Part shown: piece after piece, positions 1 through 7,638 of the stretch | Layout of the letters: each line of letters begins with the position of its first letter | Position numbering within the stretch: the stretch's first letter is position 1 | Assembly (NCBI GenBank): GCA_030247525.1 | Contig: JAOTSC010000120.1 | Span: 1-10,546 of the forward strand | Reading direction: 5' to 3' | From: a bacterium | GTDB lineage: Bacteria; Electryoneota; JAOADG01 | DNA length: 10,546 nucleotides | Program-made: the position numbers and the translations under genes | Notes under the pieces: model-generated | What the model saw: only the letters and a program-made list of their open reading frames with translations | The model's database searches: none | What the model was told of the DNA's origin: nothing

Positions 1-1
1 A

Positions 2-1090
2 GACAGCAATACGCTCTTGCTACGTTCCGAATTCTATACGGCTTATACACCGTATCAACCGGAAGTGGCACAAGGTACACTGCAGTGTATTTATGAATTT
101 CAGTCGTTAATGACCCGTTTGACTGGGTTGCCTGTGTCAAATGCATCATTGTATGATGGTGGAACAGCGATTGCCGAGGCGATTCAGTTATTGCGTGCTT
201 TCACAAAGAAAGACCGCATCGTTGTTTTGGGCGGTGTTAATCCGCTCTACCGGCAGGTTGTACAAACAATTATTGGCGCTTCAGATCCAGTTGTGATCGA
301 AGTTCCGCTCACGAATGGCGTAACAAGCGTTGCAGAACTCGAAAAGCATTTAACACCCGATACCGCTTGTCTCGTGTTACAACAACCGAATTTCCTCGGG
401 CAGTTGGAAGATGCTGCGGGACTAATCGCCGCTGCGAAGAAATTGAATATTCCATCCATCGTTTCGACGTACCCAGTTTCGCTCGGATTGTTAGAGGCAC
501 CTGGCAATTACGGTGCGGACATCGTGGTGGGGGAAGGACAATGCTTCGGACCCGGTTTGAACAGCGGTGGTCCCTATGTCGGGATTTTTGCCTGTAAGAA
601 AGACTATGTGCGGCTCATGCCGGGACGGATTGCCGGTGTGACGATGGATGACCAGCAAAGGCGCGGTTTCGTGTTGACATTGCAGACCCGCGAGCAGCAC
701 ATTCGCCGGGAAAAAGCAACTTCCAATATTTGTACCAACCAAGGTTTGATGATGCTTGCTGCTTTGTTTAACCTCTCGTTTTTAGGAAAAGAGGGAGTCA
801 AGAAAGTTGCATACCTTAGTCATCAAAAGGCGTTGTACTTAAGCGGTGAATTGGCGAAAGTTGGATTGAAACCGGTTTACAACGGAGCATTTTTCAACGA
901 GTTTGTCATTGCTCCGAAGTGTGGCGGCGTTAAATTCATCGAGGCGATGTTGGCAGATGGTTACTTAGCTGGTGTCGATTTAGGCAGGTTCGACAATCAG
1001 TTTGAAGGACAGGTCGCTGTTGCAGTCACTGAGTTACGTGATAAAGCGGAACTTGACGGCTATGTAGCCGCAGCCAAGAAGGTTTCCTAA
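2..1090 (+). CDS. gcvPA: Glycine dehydrogenase (aminomethyl-transferring) subunit 1, i.e. glycine cleavage system P-protein N-terminal subunit (GcvPA). The 5' end is truncated by the window edge.
   Basis: Translation reads ...LRSEFYTAYTPYQPEVAQG..., the hallmark GcvP 'YTAYTPYQPE' region. There is a Gly-rich GcvP fold signature and the length is consistent with the split P-protein alpha subunit. The reading frame is open from base 2 and the track's 17..1090 begins at an internal TTG, so the true start lies upstream of the window. Stop is TAA at 1088-1090. Confidence 0.92.
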   Translation, partial: DSNTLLLRSEFYTAYTPYQPEVAQGTLQCIYEFQSLMTRLTGLPVSNASLYDGGTAIAEAIQLLRAFTKKDRIVVLGGVNPLYRQVVQTIIGASDPVVIEVPLTNGVTSVAELEKHLTPDTACLVLQQPNFLGQLEDAAGLIAAAKKLNIPSIVSTYPVSLGLLEAPGNYGADIVVGEGQCFGPGLNSGGPYVGIFACKKDYVRLMPGRIAGVTMDDQQRRGFVLTLQTREQHIRREKATSNICTNQGLMMLAALFNLSFLGKEGVKKVAYLSHQKALYLSGELAKVGLKPVYNGAFFNEFVIAPKCGGVKFIEAMLADGYLAGVDLGRFDNQFEGQVAVAVTELRDKAELDGYVAAAKKVS

Positions 1091-1094
1091 TCGT

Positions 1095-1120
1095 GGGGGC
1101 GTAATTCACAATACGCCCCC
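1095..1120 (+). terminator. GC-rich stem-loop immediately 3' of gcvPA (9-bp perfect stem GGGGGCGTA / TACGCCCCC with an 8-nt loop). Possible intrinsic terminator or attenuating hairpin.
   Basis: A perfect inverted repeat at 1095-1103 and 1112-1120 is seen directly in the sequence. The downstream tract (ATCTCAATTGATCTTGTTCC) is T-containing but not a clean U-run, so termination efficiency is uncertain. Confidence 0.4.
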
Positions 1121-1150
1121 ATCTCAATTGATCTTGTTCCCAATTCCTGA

Positions 1151-1158
1151 AAGGAGGG
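1151..1158 (+). promoter_or_regulatory. Shine-Dalgarno/RBS (AAGGAGGG) for the SPFH gene.
   Basis: AGGAGG at 1152-1157 lies 5 nt upstream of ATG 1163. Confidence 0.65.
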
Positions 1159-1162
1159 AAGT

Positions 1163-1927
1163 ATGATCGGTGAAATCGGAGTCTTCGGTCTAATCGTTGT
1201 CGTGATTGGGATATTCCTGATTGCGAATATGATTCGGATTCTAAAGGAATATGAACGTGGGGTCATCTTCCGGCTGGGTCGTTTAATCGATATTAAGGGA
1301 CCGGGATTAATCATCCTGATCCCGGTTATCGATCAAATCGTCAAAGTGGATTTGCGGGTGGTAACACTGGATGTGCCCCCGCAAGACATCATTACCCGGG
1401 ATAATGTGTCGGTGCAAGTATCGGCTGTTATCTTCTTCCGGGTAATGGAACCGAAGAAGGCTGTTACTGAAGTTCAGAATTACCTTTTTGCGACCAGTCA
1501 GTTTAGTCAAACAACTTTGCGTTCGATTCTTGGACAAATGGAGTTGGATGACTTATTATCGGAACGTGAAAAGATTAACCTGCAATTGCAGGAAGTTATT
1601 GACCGTCATACCGGGCCATGGGGTATTAAAGTAACTGCGGTCGAAGTAAAACAAGTCGACTTGCCACAGGAAATGAAACGGGCGATGTCGGCTCAGGCGG
1701 AAGCGGAGCGGATGCGGCGAGCCAAGATCATTGCCGCCGACGGTGAATTCCAAGCATCGGCAAAGTTGGCGGAAGCTGCTACGGTGATATCGGTCGATCC
1801 AACCGCATTACAACTGCGCTATTTACAAACATTAACGGAAATCGCGGCGGAAAATAGTTCGACCATTATTTTCCCATTACCAATCGAGCTGTTCCGGGCA
1901 TTTATGCCCTCGAATAAAGGATCATAA
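1163..1927 (+). CDS. SPFH/band-7 family membrane protein (stomatin-like, QmcA/YbbK 'slipin' type).
   Basis: It has an N-terminal hydrophobic anchor ([20 protein letters not shown]). The SPFH core reads ...[12 protein letters not shown]...[17 protein letters not shown].... The C-terminal coiled coil ([28 protein letters not shown]...[10 protein letters not shown]...STIIFPLP) is typical of stomatin-like proteins. A strong RBS precedes it and the stop is TAA at 1925-1927. Confidence 0.9.
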   Translation: MIGEIGVFGLIVVVIGIFLIANMIRILKEYERGVIFRLGRLIDIKGPGLIILIPVIDQIVKVDLRVVTLDVPPQDIITRDNVSVQVSAVIFFRVMEPKKAVTEVQNYLFATSQFSQTTLRSILGQMELDDLLSEREKINLQLQEVIDRHTGPWGIKVTAVEVKQVDLPQEMKRAMSAQAEAERMRRAKIIAADGEFQASAKLAEAATVISVDPTALQLRYLQTLTEIAAENSSTIIFPLPIELFRAFMPSNKGS

Positions 1928-1930
1928 CAT

Positions 1931-3217
1931 TTGCCGTTATTAGATTCACGGACTCGAGCTATCGTAGGGGATTTCATCAGGAGTATTCTTCGGATGGTAA
2001 TCCCCTTTTCGATTGCTATTGGACTTGCTTATTACTTCCTGATTGTGGCTCAACGTGAGGAACCATCCGGTTTTGTTCGAGTGATATCGGAGCCAACCGG
2101 TGCGTTAATCTTTCTCGATGGGGCGTCAACACAGTATCATACGGATACCGTTATACCGGCGGTGAAGCAAGGAAATCGCAAGGTAATGTTAGACCCAGCA
2201 CATTGGAGAACCGATCCGATTTACTATTCGGTTGAGGTTAAACCCAATGATACGACAACTGTCAAGTTTGTCGCGACCCGAATTGAAACGACTGATCTAA
2301 AACAAATCTCAGAAGACACAAATTCGTTTAAGCCGGAGATGTCACAAATTGTTCCCAACTCGCGGACGCCCTCTAATCCGATGACGTCCCGTACCCCACG
2401 AACAATGCAAACAATGCAGCGGGTAGGAGCAATTCAAGTTGTGGCAAGTAAACCCGGAGCCGAGATTTTTCTCAATGGCTTATCAACCGGAAAAGAAACT
2501 CCAACGACATTGGAGCAACTGGATCCGGGGAGTTACGAAGTTTCGCTGAAGAAAGCTGGATTTCGTTCGTTACCGGAGAAACTGATGGTAACGGTTGATC
2601 CCGATGTCGGTTTGGCAGCAGCATACTTTGAATTGGTTTCCGAAAACTCCGAAGTTGAAATACAAACCCTAACAATACAAACGAATCCCACCGGACAATC
2701 AGTTTCGATAAATGGGAAGCGGTATGGACCAACACCGATTTCCGTGCAGTTGCCGTTAGGAAGATACCGGATCGAGTTAATTGCGGCAACCGGGTACGAG
2801 ACACCACCCCCGCGCGATATCACCTTAACGAAACGAGAAGCGACAGTTTTGCAGATAGCATATCCGAAAATTTCCGGCGATGCATATCTCGGTATCGTTG
2901 TACCGAAAGGGAGTGAACCAATCGATATCGGGAAACTGCGAATCGAAGTAAATAACCGCCCATTTTTTACCGGTTCAAGTATGGAGACTTCATCGGCGTT
3001 GTGGAAGCGGTTCCCCGAAGGTGAGAAGACTGTTACAATTGTTTACGATAATCTATCGACTGATATCACCAGCGATTTTGCTTCCGGTTATGTAACACCG
3101 TTGGAGTTACGGTTTGAGCGGCTCTTTTCCCAAATCAAGCCGAGAGTACGTGTGTTAGATAAAGTGCCTTATGAACAATATCGCACTCGTGCCGGGAAGA
3201 TTGCGGTCTTCGACTAA
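1931..3217 (+). CDS. Membrane-anchored protein with three PEGA domains. An alternative start is ATG 1994.
   Basis: One N-terminal TM helix (MVIPFSIAIGLAYYFLIVA) is followed by three PEGA-like repeats: SEPTGALIFLDGAST..., SKPGAEIFLNGLSTGKETPTTLEQLDPGSYEVSLKKAGF and TNPTGQSVSINGKRYGPTPISVQLPLGRYRIELIAATGYE. TTG 1931 sits 4 nt after the SPFH stop with AAGGA about 9 nt upstream, and gives a positively charged N-region. ATG 1994 has CAGGAG about 10 nt upstream. The start is therefore ambiguous. Stop is TAA at 3215-3217. Confidence 0.72.
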   Translation: MPLLDSRTRAIVGDFIRSILRMVIPFSIAIGLAYYFLIVAQREEPSGFVRVISEPTGALIFLDGASTQYHTDTVIPAVKQGNRKVMLDPAHWRTDPIYYSVEVKPNDTTTVKFVATRIETTDLKQISEDTNSFKPEMSQIVPNSRTPSNPMTSRTPRTMQTMQRVGAIQVVASKPGAEIFLNGLSTGKETPTTLEQLDPGSYEVSLKKAGFRSLPEKLMVTVDPDVGLAAAYFELVSENSEVEIQTLTIQTNPTGQSVSINGKRYGPTPISVQLPLGRYRIELIAATGYETPPPRDITLTKREATVLQIAYPKISGDAYLGIVVPKGSEPIDIGKLRIEVNNRPFFTGSSMETSSALWKRFPEGEKTVTIVYDNLSTDITSDFASGYVTPLELRFERLFSQIKPRVRVLDKVPYEQYRTRAGKIAVFD

Positions 3218-3218
3218 G

Positions 3219-3932
3219 ATGGCGAATACCGTCCGTTTGAATAAACTGATCGCTGAACGAACCGGACTATCACGCCGCGCTGCCGATACTCTGATCGAAT
3301 CTGGCAGAGTACAGGTAAATCGCCGGATTGCCCGTGCCGGAGAGCAGATTAATCCGGATAACGATATTGTTCTTTTGGATAGCAAACCACTTCCAGCTGT
3401 AACACCGATTCTCGTGTTTGCATTCCATAAACCACGCGGTTATGTTACCACATTACAAACCGGCTACGAACGCGGTCAACCGATTAGTAAACTGTTACCA
3501 CCGGGTTTAGGGTTGAAACCGGCTGGACGGCTGGATGCCGAGAGCGAAGGTTTACTGATTGTTACAAACGACGGGGACCTTATCTATCGGATTACTCATC
3601 CCAGCCAGGAATTGGCAAAGGAATATCGGGTAACCCTCAACCGACCGCTGCATCGCTTGGATTTTGAGGAGCTTAGCAATGGTGTTGAGTTGGAAGATGG
3701 TTGGTGCCGACCGGATTGGTTGCAAGTCGAAGCGGGCTCGGATGTTTCCGTGCAACTGCACGAGGGGAGGAAACGCGAAGTCCGCAGAATGTTTCAAGCG
3801 TTGGGGTATCGAGTAGAAAGATTAATTAGGGTTCGCATCGGTGCAATTCAATTGGGGAACTTGCCAGCCGGGGAGTTACGGACTCTAACCAAAGATGAGT
3901 TGACTTCCATTAGTGGTAGGAATCGGGATTAA
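3219..3932 (+). CDS. Ribosomal RNA pseudouridine synthase of the RsuA/RluB family (S4 RNA-binding domain plus pseudouridine synthase catalytic domain). Its size is RsuA-like.
   Basis: The N-terminal S4 motif reads MANTVRLNKLIAERTGLSRRAADTLIESGRVQVNRR. The catalytic motif GRLDAESEGLLIVTNDG carries the conserved Asp, and KEYRVTL also matches the family. The ATG lies 1 nt after the upstream TAA, which suggests translational coupling. The track's ATG 3171 would add 16 non-conserved residues that overlap the upstream gene. Confidence 0.88.
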   Translation: MANTVRLNKLIAERTGLSRRAADTLIESGRVQVNRRIARAGEQINPDNDIVLLDSKPLPAVTPILVFAFHKPRGYVTTLQTGYERGQPISKLLPPGLGLKPAGRLDAESEGLLIVTNDGDLIYRITHPSQELAKEYRVTLNRPLHRLDFEELSNGVELEDGWCRPDWLQVEAGSDVSVQLHEGRKREVRRMFQALGYRVERLIRVRIGAIQLGNLPAGELRTLTKDELTSISGRNRD

Positions 3933-3955
3933 TTGAAACGGGGGGAATCGTCACG

Positions 3956-4237
3956 ATGACGCAGTTACATGAAGAAATGTCAATCGTTTCGGTTATCAGT
4001 AAGTATCCACAAACGATTCCGGTTATGCTCGATTATGGTATTCAATGTATCGGTTGCCGTCATGCTGAGTATGAATCATTACGTGAAGCTTGCCGGTGCA
4101 ATGGAATTGCCGATTCCAAACGATTTCTTACAGATTTGAATAAAGCGATCGCTTCGATTCCACCCCAAGAGGAAATCGAACCACGAATCCTCTGTTACGA
4201 ACACGACTCGAATGACGAACAGGAGTTTGCGGCGTAA
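3956..4237 (+). CDS. Small DUF1858-type protein (the redox-disulfide domain that is associated with hybrid-cluster proteins).
   Basis: The 93-aa product reads ...ISKYPQTIPVMLDYGIQCIGCRHAEYESLREACRCNGIADSKRFLTDLNKAI.... This matches the DUF1858 pattern (xxKYPxxxxVfxxyGxxClGCxxAxxEtLeEAaxxhGIdxxxLlxxLN). It has an acidic C-terminal tail and the stop is TAA at 4235-4237. Confidence 0.75.
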   Translation: MTQLHEEMSIVSVISKYPQTIPVMLDYGIQCIGCRHAEYESLREACRCNGIADSKRFLTDLNKAIASIPPQEEIEPRILCYEHDSNDEQEFAA

Positions 4238-5360
4238 GCGCCTTTGGCTTATGGAAACATCTACCGCTTCATCACGCGTATCACTGTATTGGGCGATTGC
4301 CAGTATCGTTGTTGCCGTTCTTATCGTTTTTTTTCAATATTACTTTTTCACACCACCACCCGATCCAAAATCACCTGTTTCGATTCGCATCGAACCCGGT
4401 AGCTCTACTCGCGATGTTGCCAGTATCCTCAAGGAAAACAAGCTAATCTGGAACGAAACACTGTTTTTGTTAACAGCGAAGTTAATTGGTGCTGATGTGC
4501 GAATTCAGCCTGGTTTATATCCGTTTGAACATAGTATGACCATGTTGGCGTTATTGGATCGCTTGGAGAAACCCGGTGGCGAGGGTGGGGTAGTTAAACT
4601 GCTGGAAGGCTGGACAATAGCCCAGTTTGCCAGTGAATTGAAATCGATCGGTATCGACTCCACCGAATTTATGGCAGCGGCAAAAAACAAAGTGCTGCTG
4701 GAGAGTTTTGGTATTGATGCGGACAATGCCGAAGGATACCTCTTTCCTGATACTTACAAAATGTTGGAAGGTACGACACCAGTCGAAGCGGTGAAGCGAA
4801 TGTTGCGACGATTCCGGGAAGTGGTCCCCGATTCGCTTGAGCAACTTGCCCGAAGAAGATTCAATTTTTCGCTGCATGAGCTTGTCACGTTCGCATCGAT
4901 TGTCGAAGCGGAAGTACAGAACCGTACCGAAGGACCTCTGGTATCGGCAGTGTACCATAACCGGTTGAAAAAAGGTATGCTACTCCAAGCCGATCCGACG
5001 ATCCAGTATGTCCTCCCGGAAGGGCCGCGACGGTTGCTAACGAAAGACCTTTCTATCGACTCACCTTACAATACCTATTTATACAAAGGTCTGCCACCAG
5101 GCCCGATTTGCGCACCGGGAAAAGCGGCGTTTCAATCTTCTTTGAATCCCGCGCCGGTGAAGTATCTCTTTTTCGTTTCGCAGGCGGATGGCAGCCACGC
5201 CTTCAATGAGACGATTTCGGGTCACCTAAAATCGAAAGTTGTGTTGGACTCAGCCCGGGCTGTCGTCAAACAACGAAAACTCGCCGAACGAGATTCTTTA
5301 CGACGGATTAAAGCCGCCGAATTACCTGCATCGGAGCGCTCGAAACTACGTGGCAATTAA
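4212..5360 (+). CDS. mltG: Endolytic murein transglycosylase MltG (YceG-like). An alternative start is ATG 4251.
   Basis: A basic N-terminus and TM helix (RRKRLWL...LYWAIASIVVAVLIVFF) are followed by the YceG domain. That domain carries characteristic motifs: ...FPDTYKM..., ...FASIVEAEV..., LLQADPTIQY, SPYNTYLYKGLPPGPI and ...YLFFVSQADGSHAF. The 4212 start overlaps the upstream gene by 26 nt, whereas 4251 does not. Confidence 0.9.
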   Translation: MTNRSLRRKRLWLMETSTASSRVSLYWAIASIVVAVLIVFFQYYFFTPPPDPKSPVSIRIEPGSSTRDVASILKENKLIWNETLFLLTAKLIGADVRIQPGLYPFEHSMTMLALLDRLEKPGGEGGVVKLLEGWTIAQFASELKSIGIDSTEFMAAAKNKVLLESFGIDADNAEGYLFPDTYKMLEGTTPVEAVKRMLRRFREVVPDSLEQLARRRFNFSLHELVTFASIVEAEVQNRTEGPLVSAVYHNRLKKGMLLQADPTIQYVLPEGPRRLLTKDLSIDSPYNTYLYKGLPPGPICAPGKAAFQSSLNPAPVKYLFFVSQADGSHAFNETISGHLKSKVVLDSARAVVKQRKLAERDSLRRIKAAELPASERSKLRGN

Positions 5361-7635
5361 TTTATCCGAATTAAATCCGAAGCAACGCGATGCCGTTCTG
5401 CTCACGGAAGGGCCTGTACTCGTTATTGCCGGCGCGGGATCGGGCAAAACGAAAACCGTTGCGCATCGTATCGCATATCTGGTGGAAAATGGCTTAGCCC
5501 GCCCCTACGAAATTCTCGCTGTAACCTTTACCAATAAAGCTGCTGGCGAATTGAAAAACCGGGTCCAATCATTGTTAGCGGAATCCGATTTGCCGCCAGT
5601 TTTGAAATTTGGAGAAGTCGAAGCCTCCACGTTTCATAAGTTTTGTGTCCGGTTGCTACGCCGCGAAGCTGACCGCATCGGCATTACCCGCGACTTCACA
5701 ATCTACGACCGTGCCGATTCCGAAACCGTTGTGAAAAACCTGCTCAAGGAACGCGATATCGATAAGGGGGAATGGACTCCATCGCGGATATTAAACGCGA
5801 TTTCCGGTGCGAAAAACGAACAGCTTACCCGCGACGACTTAACGCACCGTTACCCAAAAGCTCACGACCTGATTGCGACATTATGGGAAGAATACCGCAA
5901 CCGTCTGCGCCGGAGCAATGCCCTCGATCTCGACGATTTACTAACTGAAGCGTATAAACTCTTGAGCAGTAATGAAGAAGTATTGCGCTTCTATCGCGAT
6001 CGCTTGAAGTACCTCCACGTCGACGAATATCAGGACACCAACCGGATTCAATATTTACTGGTGAAACTGCTGGCAGGGGAGCGAAAAAACATTTGTGCTG
6101 TCGGCGACGACGATCAAGCGATTTACGGGTGGCGGGGTGCCGATATCCGGAACATCCTCGAATTTGAGAAAGATTTCCCCGGTGCGAAGATTTTCCGCCT
6201 CGAACAGAATTACCGTAGCACGCCGAATATCCTGCGGGCTGCCGATAGCGTGATTCAACGGAACCGGATGCGCAAAGGGAAAACGCTTTGGACGGAACGG
6301 GGTGAAGGTGAGAAACCCCGGTTTATGATGGCAGTTGACGCGCGCGAAGAAGCGGAAAAGGTGATCGATTGGTTTCAATTCGCGAAAAAGGAATCGGTTA
6401 ATACCGATTCCGGGACAGCGGCGGTGCTCTTCCGCACCAACGCGCAATCGTTAGCGTTTGAACAGTGTTGTATGCAGCGCGGAATTCCCTATACCGTTGT
6501 CGGCGCCTTGGAGTTTTACAAGCGGCGGGAAGTTAAGGATGTATTAGCGTATATTACCGCCCTTGCCAAAGTAGAAGAACTGGATACAGCCCAAACATCG
6601 GAACCGGTCGGTTTGATGTTGCGGGAGTCGGAAATCGAAGGTTCCGGTTGGATCGACGATTTATCGTTTGAGCGGATGATTAATAATCCGCCCCGCGGAG
6701 TTGGTAAAGTTAGTCTCGACAAACTCCGGTTGTTTGCCCGCGAACGGGGATTGCGATTGTTCGACGCAGTGCAACTTGAGGAATTCAAATCCTTTTTCGG
6801 TGGTCGCTATCCCAAAGGGTTGGACGTATTACTTACAGAGATTAGTCGTTATCGAAAACTGGCAGAGAGCAACGCAACCGACGAAGTAGTAAGGGAGTGG
6901 CTCACGAAGTGCGGATATTTCGATGCGCTTAAGAAAGAAGAAAAAGGGGACGACCGAATCCGCAACGTCGAAGAATTGCTAGCGGATTTCAAACGTTTCC
7001 GGGAAGCGAATCCAGATAGTTCAATTACCACATATCTCGAAAACGTGAAGTTACAAAGTGAAGCGGATACGTTGGAATCCCAAGCGGTTGTATCGTTACT
7101 AACGGTACACACCGCGAAGGGCTTGGAGTTCGATCAAGTGGCAGTTACCGGTCTGGAAGAAGGGTTGTTTCCGCTCGTCGATGCCGACGATAGCGAGAGC
7201 GAGCTGGAAGAGGAGCGGCGCCTATTTTACGTCGCCATTACCCGTGCCAAGAAACGACTTGCATTGAGTTGTGCATCGTTCCGGACTAAATTCGGTAAGA
7301 CCGATCGAACTTTCCCTTCCAGTTTTTTATCGGAATTGCCTAACGGGGAAATCGAAGGGAATCTGTTTGGCGGATATCGCCCAACGGCGTTTCCCACTAC
7401 AAATCGCTCGATGCCGAGTGCGAAACCGTCGCCCCAAGCGGCGAAAGTGACGTTGCCCGGCTCGACAACCAACACTTACAAAAGTGGTCAAAAGGTGCGA
7501 CATCCGAATTTTGGAATCGGTCGTATAGTAACAGCATTACCAGCTGATGGTGGATACAAAGTTTTAGTTGAATTTCCATCGGTTGGACCAAAAACAATTT
7601 TAACGAAGTATGTCAATTTGACAATTGAGGGTTAG
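5350..7635 (+). CDS. pcrA: ATP-dependent DNA helicase of the UvrD/PcrA family (superfamily 1A). The start is placed at in-frame GTG 5350. The track's ATG 5239 would overlap mltG by 120 nt.
   Basis: The N-terminus LSELNPKQRDAVLLTEGPVLVIAGAGSGKTKTVAHRIAYLV gives a Walker A motif about 30 aa from the start, as in PcrA/UvrD. A DEYQDTN-type motif II (VDEYQDTN) and the QNYRSTPNIL motif are present. The C-terminal Tudor-like tail reads GQKVRHPNFGIGRIV...VEFPSVGPKTIL. Stop is TAG at 7633-7635. GTG 5350 leaves only a few residues before the conserved N-terminus and overlaps the mltG stop by 11 nt. Confidence 0.93.
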   Translation: MAINLSELNPKQRDAVLLTEGPVLVIAGAGSGKTKTVAHRIAYLVENGLARPYEILAVTFTNKAAGELKNRVQSLLAESDLPPVLKFGEVEASTFHKFCVRLLRREADRIGITRDFTIYDRADSETVVKNLLKERDIDKGEWTPSRILNAISGAKNEQLTRDDLTHRYPKAHDLIATLWEEYRNRLRRSNALDLDDLLTEAYKLLSSNEEVLRFYRDRLKYLHVDEYQDTNRIQYLLVKLLAGERKNICAVGDDDQAIYGWRGADIRNILEFEKDFPGAKIFRLEQNYRSTPNILRAADSVIQRNRMRKGKTLWTERGEGEKPRFMMAVDAREEAEKVIDWFQFAKKESVNTDSGTAAVLFRTNAQSLAFEQCCMQRGIPYTVVGALEFYKRREVKDVLAYITALAKVEELDTAQTSEPVGLMLRESEIEGSGWIDDLSFERMINNPPRGVGKVSLDKLRLFARERGLRLFDAVQLEEFKSFFGGRYPKGLDVLLTEISRYRKLAESNATDEVVREWLTKCGYFDALKKEEKGDDRIRNVEELLADFKRFREANPDSSITTYLENVKLQSEADTLESQAVVSLLTVHTAKGLEFDQVAVTGLEEGLFPLVDADDSESELEEERRLFYVAITRAKKRLALSCASFRTKFGKTDRTFPSSFLSELPNGEIEGNLFGGYRPTAFPTTNRSMPSAKPSPQAAKVTLPGSTTNTYKSGQKVRHPNFGIGRIVTALPADGGYKVLVEFPSVGPKTILTKYVNLTIEG

Positions 7636-7638
7636 GCA

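Noticed and set aside
1128-1160. A sigma70-like promoter in front of the SPFH gene (TTGATC at 1128-1133).
   Set aside because: No acceptable -10 hexamer lies at 16-19 bp spacing, since the downstream sequence is the AGGAGG RBS. There is no confident promoter call, and the gene may be read through from gcvPA past the hairpin.
247-1314. Several antisense ORFs of 63-86 aa (247..507, 309..500, 491..742, 604..801, 1087..1314) on the minus strand over gcvPA and the downstream junction.
   Set aside because: They lie entirely antisense to a highly conserved, clearly coding + strand gene. The translations are low-complexity and unrecognisable, with no RBS. They are typical spurious ORFs.
2472-2823. 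Minus-strand ORFs of 111 and 96 aa inside the PEGA-domain gene.
   Set aside because: They are antisense to the PEGA repeats, with no start context or conservation signal. Spurious.
3171-3218. ATG 3171 as the start of the pseudouridine synthase (the track ORF 3171..3932).
   Set aside because: The extra 16 residues (MNNIALVPGRLRSSTK) are the upstream gene read out of frame and precede the conserved S4-domain N-terminus. ATG 3219 gives the canonical MxxxxRLxKLIA start directly after the upstream stop.
4551-4958. A 135-aa minus-strand ORF inside mltG and a 130-aa minus-strand ORF (6055..6447) inside the helicase gene.
   Set aside because: Both are antisense to conserved catalytic regions of well-supported genes. 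Neither product matches a known domain and both are Arg/Cys-rich in the way GC-skewed antisense frames are. They are almost certainly non-coding.
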